DNA from: Planctomycetales bacterium
GTDB lineage: Bacteria > 4484-113 > JAFGCY01
Direction of reading: 5' to 3'
NCBI GenBank assembly: GCA_022646745.1
Contig: CP060262.1
Coordinates: forward strand, 3,897,188 to 3,961,187
DNA length: 64,000 nucleotides
A program made the translations under genes and the position numbers. Shown one piece after another: positions 57,001 through 64,000 of the stretch (position 1 is its first letter; every line of letters starts with the position of its first letter). A model generated the notes under the pieces. That model ran no database searches and was not told the DNA's origin. It was given only the letters and a program-made list of their open reading frames with translations.

Positions 57001-59040
57001 AACTACCCCGACCCGAACGGTTCCAACGTCTTCGGTCCGGATGTGACCCCCGGCTTCGATTACGCTGTCGAGTACGACACCGGCGTCCGTACCCCGGGCG
57101 ACGATGACGGCGGCGTGAATGGCAACGACATGGACTTCCAGTTCCCGTTCTACGGCTTCCTGCAGTGGGACGACACCCTCGGCGCCATCCCCGGCGACGT
57201 GGAGGCTGCTGAGATCATCGATGTCAACTACAGCGGTATCGCCCTGAGCGACATCTCCGCTGACTGGACCAAGTTCTCCGCCCCCTACGGTGGTGTGTTT
57301 GATCCTTCCGCCCTCGGCCTTGGCCGCGCAGCCGCGTGGTTCCTGACCGAGACCGACACCTTCGGTAACATCAACACCGCCAGCTACGGCGATGCCTTCG
57401 GCCCGAACCTGGTGTTCAACAACGACACCGACCTGGTTGCCACCGAGGCGATCGCGCACTGGGCACAGGGCACGATGTACGGTGGCTCCCCGGCGTACCT
57501 CGCCTGGGCGATGTATCCCGGCCACAAGTCCGTCCAGTACGACAACTCCGACACCCCCGTGGGTTACTACGGTGAGGGTGGCATCCAGTGGTACGAGTTC
57601 ATCGAGGACCACGACATCCAGGTCGGACGTGACCTGTATGCCTACCTGCGCAGCGACTACTCCTTCACCACCCCCGGTGAGGGCCGCACCGTGGACTTTG
57701 ACTACGCAGTGGTCAAGGGCTGGGATGGCGACCTGAACCGTAACGGCGTGATCAGCGAGGCCGCTGACAAGTTCCCGGTCCGTGTCCGCTTCTTCACCGA
57801 TGTGGATGCCTACGATGATTACTTCGATGACCTGAACGGCTACCCGAACTTCTGGCCTGATGGCGACTCCTTCATCGAGGGTGGTTGCTACATGGTGGAC
57901 GAGGGCGACCCGAACTATCCGGTTGCAATCTTCGATGATCCGGACCTGGATGATCCGATGGCTACCGTCACCGGTTCCGGCCCGGCCTATGATGTGACCC
58001 TGAGCTACATCATCGCCAACGGCTTCCCGAACTACGACATGAGCCTTGACTGGAACTACGACTTCATCTCCTGGGGCAACAGCGGCAACGTGATCAATGA
58101 CTATGTCAGCCACAATGCCAACGGTGCCTGGAGTGATGTCGTCAGCGTCGACCCGACCGCTGCCGGCGGCGATGGAGACTACTTCTTCGCCCTCAGGGTC
58201 GATGACGGTGACGTGCCCTCCGCCAGCGCTAACTTCTTCTGGCCCGATGCGGTGCCGCTGAAGCCCGGCCTGAGCTATGCGATCGTCGATGACAACCTCA
58301 ACGCCCTCGACGACAGCCCGGCCCAGATGCTGGCTGCGATTGACAGCTTCCTGCCCGGCCAGACCGTGATCCCGCGCGCCAGCGTCACCGCCGGCAGCGA
58401 CCTCTACGGTTATGACCTGGTGATCTGGCTCACCGAGCATGAGTGGTATGGCCTTGGTAGCCCGGGTATCCTGGCTGCCGAGATGACGATCCTCAAGGAC
58501 TACCTGAACAATGGTGGTTCCGGCGGGACCGGTGGTAACCTGATCCTCTTCATGCCCGGCGAAACCGCCTGGGAGACCTTCGACGTCGGTCTGGACATGC
58601 ACATCAACTACATGGGTGGTGGTACGTCCTTCATGAACGAGCGTCACCAGTTCGACAGTGAGTGGTACAACCAGCACATCACCAACGCCGGCCTGCAGAA
58701 CGGACCCGGTGGATCCGGCATGATGATGGTTGACCATTACAGCCAGGTCGGCCCGAACCCGGGTGTCGATCCCTGGTACACCAGCGGTTACTTCGACACT
58801 CCGGCCCTGACTGCCGGCGCCGTCCAGGCGTCCTGGCTGTTCAGCACGGACCGTTCCGACGTGACCAAGTTCGACAAGAACGGCGGCGGCACCCCTGGTG
58901 GTGTCTGCGTCTGGGTTGGCCACTACTTCAAGGGCTGCATCCCCTACTTCGGCGGTGACATCTTCACCGGTGTTGCCGGAACGCAGGGCCAGTACATGCA
59001 GAACCTGATCAACTGGACCGATCCGACCCTGCTTCCGTAG
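54019..59040 (+). CDS. giant surface lipoprotein with LGFP-like repeat, paralog 2
   Basis: ATG 54019 with AGGAG upstream; lipoprotein signal MKTHVNWCKHLGLTLVALTVVFVAASC; LGFP-like segment IVGWPVARPFAYNNGAALLNANGAYYAFGQFFEKGFMWW; track ORF from 53788 is an upstream extension. Confidence 0.8.
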   Translation: MKTHVNWCKHLGLTLVALTVVFVAASCGGSGSNGLTSNVELGTTTSVAPGNDVRGNVSAEMTVSENEIGQLSAEQQALLSDAGWNQPYIVPKAGTPIQGPSHEMLMAQLREMAERGVEMLPRGVEGEGTKGASWLDQRGFNPGVDSGLVKGQYKPADTGANGVPDFGCNASGALMADNGQSDIEDVIFAYGGSMPAQAISWVAEGLSTINHFNSVGGGGDDAYTAVYQLFADSETANPNNQGNNDIGEIGYRADLGPYGVGYGQGSGPSGTLCDGTAYGVRNAFWMTFNEKFFALPSGQATALYNVLIAPSGDEGADQVSPMDTSANFQTFYFGNVSSCYGDAMIVGINAADSGCDMFDEASNAPWQDRTADGNSYPNILHNPIFGVILARWAGGNANSDSQFFGDGSFPSAASIVGWPVARPFAYNNGAALLNANGAYYAFGQFFEKGFMWWIDYDQNSNPTASDEAQMYVYDGNNTFCEGEYSKVEPDVFYGGSGDLGVGVTVDGVRYGAGDWSAPQLSDDGTYYQIGMLLDENTGISSVTIAASAHGFGGVTADGLDIEHPEWGACLYKHSTWSWRDGTVTAAGTAFDPSQFARTHTYSSNAIKTNVEGVYTIRNQVVDADDNIAYGDSLPMHLGHGGAGGGGGDTEVWVIRNDGGDFQLNLDALTGDLDALGVGYSVVDYSATVADDFAANPNAKVAIWYRGGPGGAGESATYTTAWTSGEMDNYIQLMSDGFGVMLMSQNHGYDGDLFFTNGWSGIYGYATLPASVPDADRRMPWASSLCTDDGIGFGGSLGFIPTAPSNFIGNPSGANFGADGTNAAERYTGSGSSGELPISFGMATGRQYCGIGYYSSFFAGSCAGPAFRAGIGHQPNALGFDLGFLSWGNSQAPDANIGFFPSYSHSFGTGKVWNVGYSWAGTSVTASASGTMDRADLLNNILGWLDDSLTFGGGGGGGAGFEEYDGPPEIVCVTPIAWDKVNGAVTQGTAGVGGQNYPDPNGSNVFGPDVTPGFDYAVEYDTGVRTPGDDDGGVNGNDMDFQFPFYGFLQWDDTLGAIPGDVEAAEIIDVNYSGIALSDISADWTKFSAPYGGVFDPSALGLGRAAAWFLTETDTFGNINTASYGDAFGPNLVFNNDTDLVATEAIAHWAQGTMYGGSPAYLAWAMYPGHKSVQYDNSDTPVGYYGEGGIQWYEFIEDHDIQVGRDLYAYLRSDYSFTTPGEGRTVDFDYAVVKGWDGDLNRNGVISEAADKFPVRVRFFTDVDAYDDYFDDLNGYPNFWPDGDSFIEGGCYMVDEGDPNYPVAIFDDPDLDDPMATVTGSGPAYDVTLSYIIANGFPNYDMSLDWNYDFISWGNSGNVINDYVSHNANGAWSDVVSVDPTAAGGDGDYFFALRVDDGDVPSASANFFWPDAVPLKPGLSYAIVDDNLNALDDSPAQMLAAIDSFLPGQTVIPRASVTAGSDLYGYDLVIWLTEHEWYGLGSPGILAAEMTILKDYLNNGGSGGTGGNLILFMPGETAWETFDVGLDMHINYMGGGTSFMNERHQFDSEWYNQHITNAGLQNGPGGSGMMMVDHYSQVGPNPGVDPWYTSGYFDTPALTAGAVQASWLFSTDRSDVTKFDKNGGGTPGGVCVWVGHYFKGCIPYFGGDIFTGVAGTQGQYMQNLINWTDPTLLP

Positions 59041-59073
59041 TCACGAGCCTGATCAACTGAACTGATCAAACTG

Positions 59074-59107
59074 CCCCGGGGCCCTGTGCCCCGGGGTTTC
59101 CTTTTTT
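59074..59107 (+). terminator. rho-independent terminator after giant lipoprotein 2
   Basis: GC-rich stem CCCCGGGGC / GCCCCGGGG with 5-nt loop followed by TTTCCTTTTTTC. Confidence 0.75.
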
Positions 59108-59344
59108 CTACACGTATAAGCTCCTTGCGTTGCCCAGTGCAGAAGGGCCAACTTCTCTAGTCCCAGACTGGTCTCAGCTCAGTTGGCAAACCTCAGACCC
59201 TCCTGAAACTTCTCGGAATTCTACTAATTTTCGAATTTTTTCGAAATATCTGTTTAGAACCTCCCGGGGGCGGGAATTACAGACGGTTTGGAAAAGGAAG
59301 CAGGAACTTCCCCGAACTGAATAATCTAATCTGAGGTGACTGAC

Positions 59345-59989
59345 ATGGAAGCTAAGAAGAACATCAACGGAAACGACAACAAGCAGAACAGTGGCGTGAT
59401 CATCGTGATCCGCAACCTGATGGCCCTGGTGGTCATGCTGGCCCTGGGCCTCCTGGCCTCCTGCGGTGGCGGCAGCTCAGCGATGGCTGAGCTGGATGCC
59501 CCGGCGGATGACGCCAAGGCGGTGGACTACACGATGGCCCCCTCATTGGATGAGGTGGTCGCGGACCGCGAGGCCAGCTCCAGCTGGTACGTCGCCACCA
59601 GCGATGCGGCCTACATCGACGGCATCGACTACCTCTACCAGCTGCTGACGGACGGCAACGGCAAGTACCAGTTCGTGATGAAGGTCACCAACAACTCCAG
59701 CCAGGCCCGCCACATCACCTACAACAGCACCAAGCGCGCCGACTTCTCGATCGTGAAGAACGGCCAGGAGCTGTACCGCTGGAGCGAGGGCCGCTTCTTC
59801 GGGTTCGTCTTCGAGACCCGCACGCTGAGCCCGTACCAGACCTTCGAGTACAAGGCTGACTGGAACGGACGTGACCGCCACGGCAACCCGATCAGCGGCA
59901 ACGTGATGGCCAACGGCTTCCACACAAGCGTCAGCAACCCGGCCAGCCTCGGTCAGGTGGCCTACCTGAACGGCAAGGTCAGCAACTAG
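59345..59989 (+). CDS. BsuPI-like (intracellular proteinase inhibitor fold) lipoprotein
   Basis: Lipobox LLASC; C-terminal region with BsuPI-like pattern (YQFVMKVTNNSSQARHITYNSTKRADFSIVKNGQELYRWSEGRFF...TLSPYQTFEYKADW); ATG 59345 with GAGG upstream. Confidence 0.55.
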   Translation: MEAKKNINGNDNKQNSGVIIVIRNLMALVVMLALGLLASCGGGSSAMAELDAPADDAKAVDYTMAPSLDEVVADREASSSWYVATSDAAYIDGIDYLYQLLTDGNGKYQFVMKVTNNSSQARHITYNSTKRADFSIVKNGQELYRWSEGRFFGFVFETRTLSPYQTFEYKADWNGRDRHGNPISGNVMANGFHTSVSNPASLGQVAYLNGKVSN

Positions 59990-60011
59990 CCCCGGCCTCC
60001 CCCTCGGAAAC

Positions 60012-60040
60012 AAAAGCCCCGCCACGGCGGGGCTTTTTGT
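60012..60040. terminator. bidirectional rho-independent terminator between convergent genes
   Basis: AAAAGCCCCGCC-ACG-GCGGGGCTTTTTG: GC stem flanked by A-run and T-run. Confidence 0.8.
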
Positions 60041-60060
60041 ATTTCTGGATCTGCTTGCTG

Positions 60061-60666
60061 CTACTCAGCGACAGCTGGCTGCAGGTTGAAATGTTCCTTG
60101 TCCTGCAGCATCCGCACACCCGGCGGCCGGTGGAAGTACCGGCGCTGGAAGAAGGCGATGCTTCCGTCAGGATTCACACCGACAACGCTGCGCTCCTGCA
60201 GCACGGTCCCGCCATCCTTCGAAGCGCAGCCGTACTGCTCAGAGATCTTCAGCCCGGGATCGTACAGGACGGGAACAGTAATCCCCTCTTCCTGCATGAA
60301 CTGCCTGGTTTCAGCCTTGTCGGCTGGATTGATGGCGAAAATCCTGATCCCGAGACCTTCCTTGTCCAGGTCATCCTGCAGCTTCCCCAGCTGCCTGAGC
60401 TGGTTTGCACTGTTGGGCGTATTGTTCGCCGGATAGAAGAACAACACCACCGGACCGGCCTGCAATGCTTCCGAGAGTTCAAATGCAGCTCCATCCTGGT
60501 CAGTGGTCGAAATGGCCGGAGCCTTCTGGCCAGCTTCAGGATGGACGTAACCTTCCTTCTCCAGCTTCGCTTCATTGACGGCGATCTGGTGCTTGTAGTC
60601 CGGCATCATGCAGCTGCTGAGCATGCCCAGGGCCGCCAGCAACACTATTAATAACAGGCTTTTCAT
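60061..60666 (-). CDS. peroxiredoxin-fold (AhpC/TSA/BCP-like) lipoprotein lacking the peroxidatic cysteine
   Basis: Lipoprotein signal MKSLLLIVLLAALGMLSSC; Prx-like VLFFYPANNTPNSANQL where the canonical T-P-x-C has Ser in place of Cys. Confidence 0.6.
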   Translation of the reverse strand: MKSLLLIVLLAALGMLSSCMMPDYKHQIAVNEAKLEKEGYVHPEAGQKAPAISTTDQDGAAFELSEALQAGPVVLFFYPANNTPNSANQLRQLGKLQDDLDKEGLGIRIFAINPADKAETRQFMQEEGITVPVLYDPGLKISEQYGCASKDGGTVLQERSVVGVNPDGSIAFFQRRYFHRPPGVRMLQDKEHFNLQPAVAE

Positions 60667-60763
60667 GAAGGCAAAGTATAACAGACCAGACCATCCCACC
60701 TGGCTCAAACGGTTTTCCCACTGTTATCCACACATGCGACCGGATTGAGCATTTCCATGACAG

Positions 60764-60830
60764 AATGTGGTTTCCACATTGCAATTTATTTAGCTATAAT
60801 CTAACTGGGGTACATTTAACTGTCGGTTAA
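60764..60830 (+). promoter_or_regulatory. candidate promoter with two flanking palindromes upstream of NrtR-like gene
   Basis: Palindrome AATGTGG-TTT-CCACATT (60764-60780); TATAAT (60795-60800); palindrome TTAAC-TGTCG-GTTAA (60816-60830). Confidence 0.35.
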
Positions 60831-60848
60831 CTCAATCGACAATTATGT

Positions 60849-61565
60849 GTGCACCAGATGACACACCAGGTGGGTCAACTGGACTACACGGGGCAAGTTA
60901 CAGGCGGAATCGGGATTTCGGTGGTGATCATCCTGCTCACCATCCGTGATGATGCGCTCAAGACCCTGCTGGTCCGGTCGGACGGCGGAACTTGGCGCCT
61001 GCCCTCCGGTTCACCGGGAGTTGCGGAGCCGCTCAGGCGGGCGGCTGAACGAGTTGTGCGGGAGTTTGCCACGATCAGCGTGGATTACCTCGAACAGCTC
61101 TATACCTTCGGGAACCGCATCCCCGATGGACAGCAGAGGGTGATCGAGATCGCCTACTACGGTCTGGTTCCTCCTGACCTGATTCCCGGTGTGGAGCAGC
61201 ATGCGGCCGGCCACCTTGCCTGGTTCTCTGAAGAGGACGAACCGGACTTGCAGGGTGAGCATGGCCTGATCGTGCGTGTTGCGCGCAACAGGCTGCAGGG
61301 CAAGCTGGCCTATACCGCGGTCGGCTTTGAGCTGCTGCCTGAGCTGTTCACGATGGCTGAACTGCAGAGGCTGTACGAAATCATCCTCGGCAGGGAGCTG
61401 GACAAGAGGAACTTCCGCAAGAAGATCCTCGACCTTGGCATCGTTGAGGACACGGGTGAGTTCCGTGCCGCAGAACACCAGCGCGGGAGACCGGCGGCGC
61501 TTTACCGCTTCCAGTCCCAGGTGTTCCGCAACCTCGAGGCCAAGCGGGATATCCTTGCGTTTTAA
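60849..61565 (+). CDS. Nudix-domain transcriptional regulator-like protein (NrtR-like: Nudix fold + C-terminal winged-helix region)
   Basis: N-terminal Nudix-fold pattern (ISVVIILLTIRDDALKTLLVRSDGGTWRLPSG); C-terminal basic segment; GTG start. Confidence 0.55.
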   Translation: MHQMTHQVGQLDYTGQVTGGIGISVVIILLTIRDDALKTLLVRSDGGTWRLPSGSPGVAEPLRRAAERVVREFATISVDYLEQLYTFGNRIPDGQQRVIEIAYYGLVPPDLIPGVEQHAAGHLAWFSEEDEPDLQGEHGLIVRVARNRLQGKLAYTAVGFELLPELFTMAELQRLYEIILGRELDKRNFRKKILDLGIVEDTGEFRAAEHQRGRPAALYRFQSQVFRNLEAKRDILAF

Positions 61566-61575
61566 GGAGCGACGG

Positions 61576-62871
61576 ATGTACGAACAGGATGTCAAACTCG
61601 CCAGGATGCTGGTGGAGAAGATCAAGGCCCTGCGGTCTGAGGAGGACTCAGTCAAGCATGACCTTGACCAGGCCCGCCAGGAGCTCTCGAGGGTTGAGCA
61701 GATCCGTGAGGAACGCGATGCCTACCTGGCGATCCTCTCTGAGGCCGCTGACCTGCTGGACAGCAAGGACCTCGTGGTGGACAACCCGGACACCACTGAG
61801 CAGAAGGAACAGGTTGACAACCTGGAATTCAAGCTCGAGGAGCTTGATGAGGAATCGCAGAAGTACAGCCGCCTGATCGACGCCCTGCGCGAGAAGGCCC
61901 CGCAACTGTTTGAGTCCGTCAATGAGGACGATCCGGATGCCGCCCCCGAGCTGAGTGAGGAAGCCCGCGAGGCCAGCAGCGAGGAGACGGTTGCCAGCGC
62001 GGAAGTCGCTGATGCCGTCGCCGAGCCGGTTGAGCAGGATGAGGATGAAGAGGAAGCCGGGGAGGAAGTGGCAGAGGCCGGTGAGGCTCCGGCCGAAGAG
62101 TCAGCCCCCGAGGAGGAGCCTGCCGTCGAGGTGAACGCAGGTGAGGACCAGTCCGAAGACCAGCAGGAAGAGGATGATGATGAAAGTGCTGAAGATGAGC
62201 AGCCCGAGCCCGAGACGCTTGAGGTGCACGTCAGCAGCAACGGCCATGCCGGTGATGCCGAGCATGTGAATGGCAACGGCGCGCACGAAGCCGTTGCCAT
62301 CGACGAGGACGACTCCGCCGACATGCCTGCCGCGGCTGCCGAGGCTGAGGACCAGCCGGCCCCGGGTGAGGCCACCCAGGTAGAAGCCACCGTCGTCAAG
62401 GTGGCGGTTGAGAGTCCCGAACGCACGCTGAGTCGCTTCAACCTGGACCACCTGAAGAAGAAGGAAGCCTTCACATTCGGCCGTGGTGCCGCATACATCG
62501 TCGACGGGGACAGCGTGCTTGATCGCCTGCCCTACTACGATTACAGCCTGCGTGGCGTGCTGGAAGCGCAGACCCGTGATGAGCTGGCGCGTGACATCGA
62601 CGTGCTGTCAACCGAGCTGCACGGCAAGTTCCACATCGTCTACAGTTCACAGTACAACCCGAGCATCCAGCTCGGCGAGCATGTCAGCCTGAGTTGTGCG
62701 AATGGCGAGGGAGGCAAGGAAGCAGCGGATGATCACATTCGTGAGTTGGTCAGTGAACTGATCGCCAAGCACACCTGTGTCTGCGTGATCACTGGCGACG
62801 TGGCCCTTGCTGACAGCGTCCGCGGCCAGAGCATCCACATCCTGCAGCTGCACGATTTCTTCCGCGCCTGA
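61576..62871 (+). CDS. coiled-coil / acidic low-complexity protein with C-terminal YacP-like NYN (PIN-like) nuclease domain
   Basis: ATG 61576 with AAGGAG upstream; ~150-aa D/E-rich linker; C-terminal AAYIVDGDSVLDRLPYY ... CVCVITGDVALADSVRGQSIHILQL. Track ORF from 61276 is an extension overlapping the NrtR-like gene. Confidence 0.6.
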   Translation: MYEQDVKLARMLVEKIKALRSEEDSVKHDLDQARQELSRVEQIREERDAYLAILSEAADLLDSKDLVVDNPDTTEQKEQVDNLEFKLEELDEESQKYSRLIDALREKAPQLFESVNEDDPDAAPELSEEAREASSEETVASAEVADAVAEPVEQDEDEEEAGEEVAEAGEAPAEESAPEEEPAVEVNAGEDQSEDQQEEDDDESAEDEQPEPETLEVHVSSNGHAGDAEHVNGNGAHEAVAIDEDDSADMPAAAAEAEDQPAPGEATQVEATVVKVAVESPERTLSRFNLDHLKKKEAFTFGRGAAYIVDGDSVLDRLPYYDYSLRGVLEAQTRDELARDIDVLSTELHGKFHIVYSSQYNPSIQLGEHVSLSCANGEGGKEAADDHIRELVSELIAKHTCVCVITGDVALADSVRGQSIHILQLHDFFRA

Positions 62872-62907
62872 TCAAAGAACGAACCCGTCCCGATCCTGCG
62901 CCTGCAC

Positions 62908-62913
62908 TATAAT
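62908..62913 (+). promoter_or_regulatory. candidate -10 box (TATAAT) 6 nt upstream of the GTG start of the PhnD-like gene
   Basis: TATAAT at 62908-62913, GTG at 62920; no room for an RBS, suggesting a leaderless transcript if real. Confidence 0.25.
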
Positions 62914-62919
62914 CAGTGC

Positions 62920-63816
62920 GTGCACAGACTGCTACACATCGCCCTGCTGCTGAGCCTGCTGGCAGCAGGCTGCTACAAGCCCGAGGCTGAATCCCACGCC
63001 CTCGGCTCCGAGAAGAACCCCATCACCATGGCCTTCGTGCCCTCGACAGAGGCGGAAAAGGTCGTCAGCTCCGGCGACGAACTGTGCGAGCTGCTTGGTG
63101 AGCAGACGGGACTGCACTTCAAGTCAATGGTGGCAACCTCCTACGTAGGCATCGTCGAGGCAATGGCTGCTGACAAGGTACAGGTCGGCTGGCTGCCTCC
63201 GATGGCATACGTCTTCGCGCATGAGCGCAACGGCGACCAGGCGATCCTCAAGGTGGTGCGCCACGGCAAGAGCAGCTACCGCGGACAGATCCTCGTTGGC
63301 ACTGACAGCGGCATTGAAAGCATCGCCGACCTGAGGGGCAAGCGCATCGCCTACCCGGAGCATGCTTCCACCAGCGGGCACCTCTACCCGGCCACACTGC
63401 TGATCGAGGCCGGGCTGGACCCCGAGGTTGACCTGGAGGAAAGCTACAGCGGCAGCCATGACGCGGCCGTGCTGGCACTGGCCAAGGGCAGCGTTGACGC
63501 CGCCTGCTGCTTCGAGGATGCCCGCCAGAAGCTTGTTGACAACGGCATGGATGACCTGATGCAGACGACGCGCGTGCTGGCATACACGCCTGAGATCCCC
63601 GCTGACAACGTGTCGGTCAGCGCCGGGCTGGACCCGGAACTGACGTCGAAGATCAGCAGCGGGCTGCTCGCGCTGGCAGCCAGCGAGGAAGGCAAGCGGG
63701 TGCTGTTTGAGCTGTATGAGGTGGAAGGGCTGGTCCCGGCGGCTGATGCGGACTACGATCCGGTGAGAAACATGGCGAACCTGCTCGGCCTGGATGTTGA
63801 AAAGGAAATTGACTGA
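62920..63816 (+). CDS. phosphonate/phosphite-type ABC transporter substrate-binding lipoprotein (PhnD-like)
   Basis: Lipobox LLAAGC; PhnD-like blocks (ITMAFVPSTEAEKV, GWLPPMAYVFA, LRGKRIAYPEHASTSGHLYP). Confidence 0.7.
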   Translation: MHRLLHIALLLSLLAAGCYKPEAESHALGSEKNPITMAFVPSTEAEKVVSSGDELCELLGEQTGLHFKSMVATSYVGIVEAMAADKVQVGWLPPMAYVFAHERNGDQAILKVVRHGKSSYRGQILVGTDSGIESIADLRGKRIAYPEHASTSGHLYPATLLIEAGLDPEVDLEESYSGSHDAAVLALAKGSVDAACCFEDARQKLVDNGMDDLMQTTRVLAYTPEIPADNVSVSAGLDPELTSKISSGLLALAASEEGKRVLFELYEVEGLVPAADADYDPVRNMANLLGLDVEKEID

Positions 63817-63979
63817 ACCCGTTTGACTATTGGCCTTCACGTACGCTTTACCCAATCCACATATTCCCATTTTGCTGAATTCCCTGTATTGATGCGGGCT
63901 GAGGCTGCATCTTCACATACTTCTGTTACACTTCACACAGTGCCGACACATAGTGTGGCGGACGAAGGAGACCATCTAC

Positions 63980-64000
63980 ATGGCTAAGAAGCAGAAGAAG
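63980..64000 (+). CDS. 5' end of an unidentified gene truncated by the window edge (MAKKQKK...)
   Basis: ATG 63980 preceded by AAGGAG at about 9 nt; only 7 codons in window. Confidence 0.35.

Noticed and set aside
55747-58923. 1058-aa ORF on the minus strand (also 54256-55737, 493 aa) antisense to giant lipoprotein 2
   Set aside because: Entirely inside a strongly supported plus-strand gene; composition (Ala/Gly/Val/Asp/Arg runs) and lack of RBS are typical of high-GC shadow ORFs.
1-64000. CRISPR arrays, transposases, integrases, IS terminal inverted repeats, rRNA
   Set aside because: No regularly spaced direct repeats, no recombinase or transposase motifs and no rRNA-like conserved stretches were seen; the only notable repeats are the palindromes reported above.

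Overview
High-GC (roughly 60% or more by eye) bacterial chromosomal segment, apparently from a diderm organism (many lipobox lipoproteins, BamB-like propellers). No rRNA, tRNA, CRISPR array, transposase or integrase was recognised. Everything here is read by eye from the sequence and ORF track; no database search was run. Recognisable content: a giant PKD-repeat surface lipoprotein (1361-5950), a heterodimeric ABC exporter pair with a HAD hydrolase and a VOC protein (6204-10978), a minus-strand sucA-sucB-rhodanese-lpd operon (11051-16913), a HemW-like radical SAM protein, a SpoIID/LytB-domain protein, endonuclease III, a hybrid histidine kinase with an Hpt protein, a cohesin-like lipoprotein plus an M6 (InhA-like) zinc metalloprotease, and at the right end a BsuPI-like lipoprotein, a Prx-fold lipoprotein, an NrtR-like Nudix regulator, a YacP-like NYN protein and a PhnD-like binding protein. 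Two things stand out. (1) The rhodanese gene in the 2-oxoglutarate dehydrogenase operon has two in-frame TGA codons exactly at the catalytic-cysteine position while the frame is otherwise intact, with a strong RBS and a hairpin just downstream: a candidate selenocysteine-recoded sulfurtransferase. (2) From about 28.5 to 60 kb lies a block built almost entirely of lineage-specific paralog families with no recognisable enzymatic domain: eight tandem PQQ/BamB-like beta-propeller exported proteins (minus strand), divergently transcribed from a translationally coupled seven-gene operon of two membrane-protein families (plus strand), followed by two giant paralogous lipoproteins with LGFP-like repeats. 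I regard this block as a candidate undescribed cell-envelope system; its function cannot be deduced from sequence alone.
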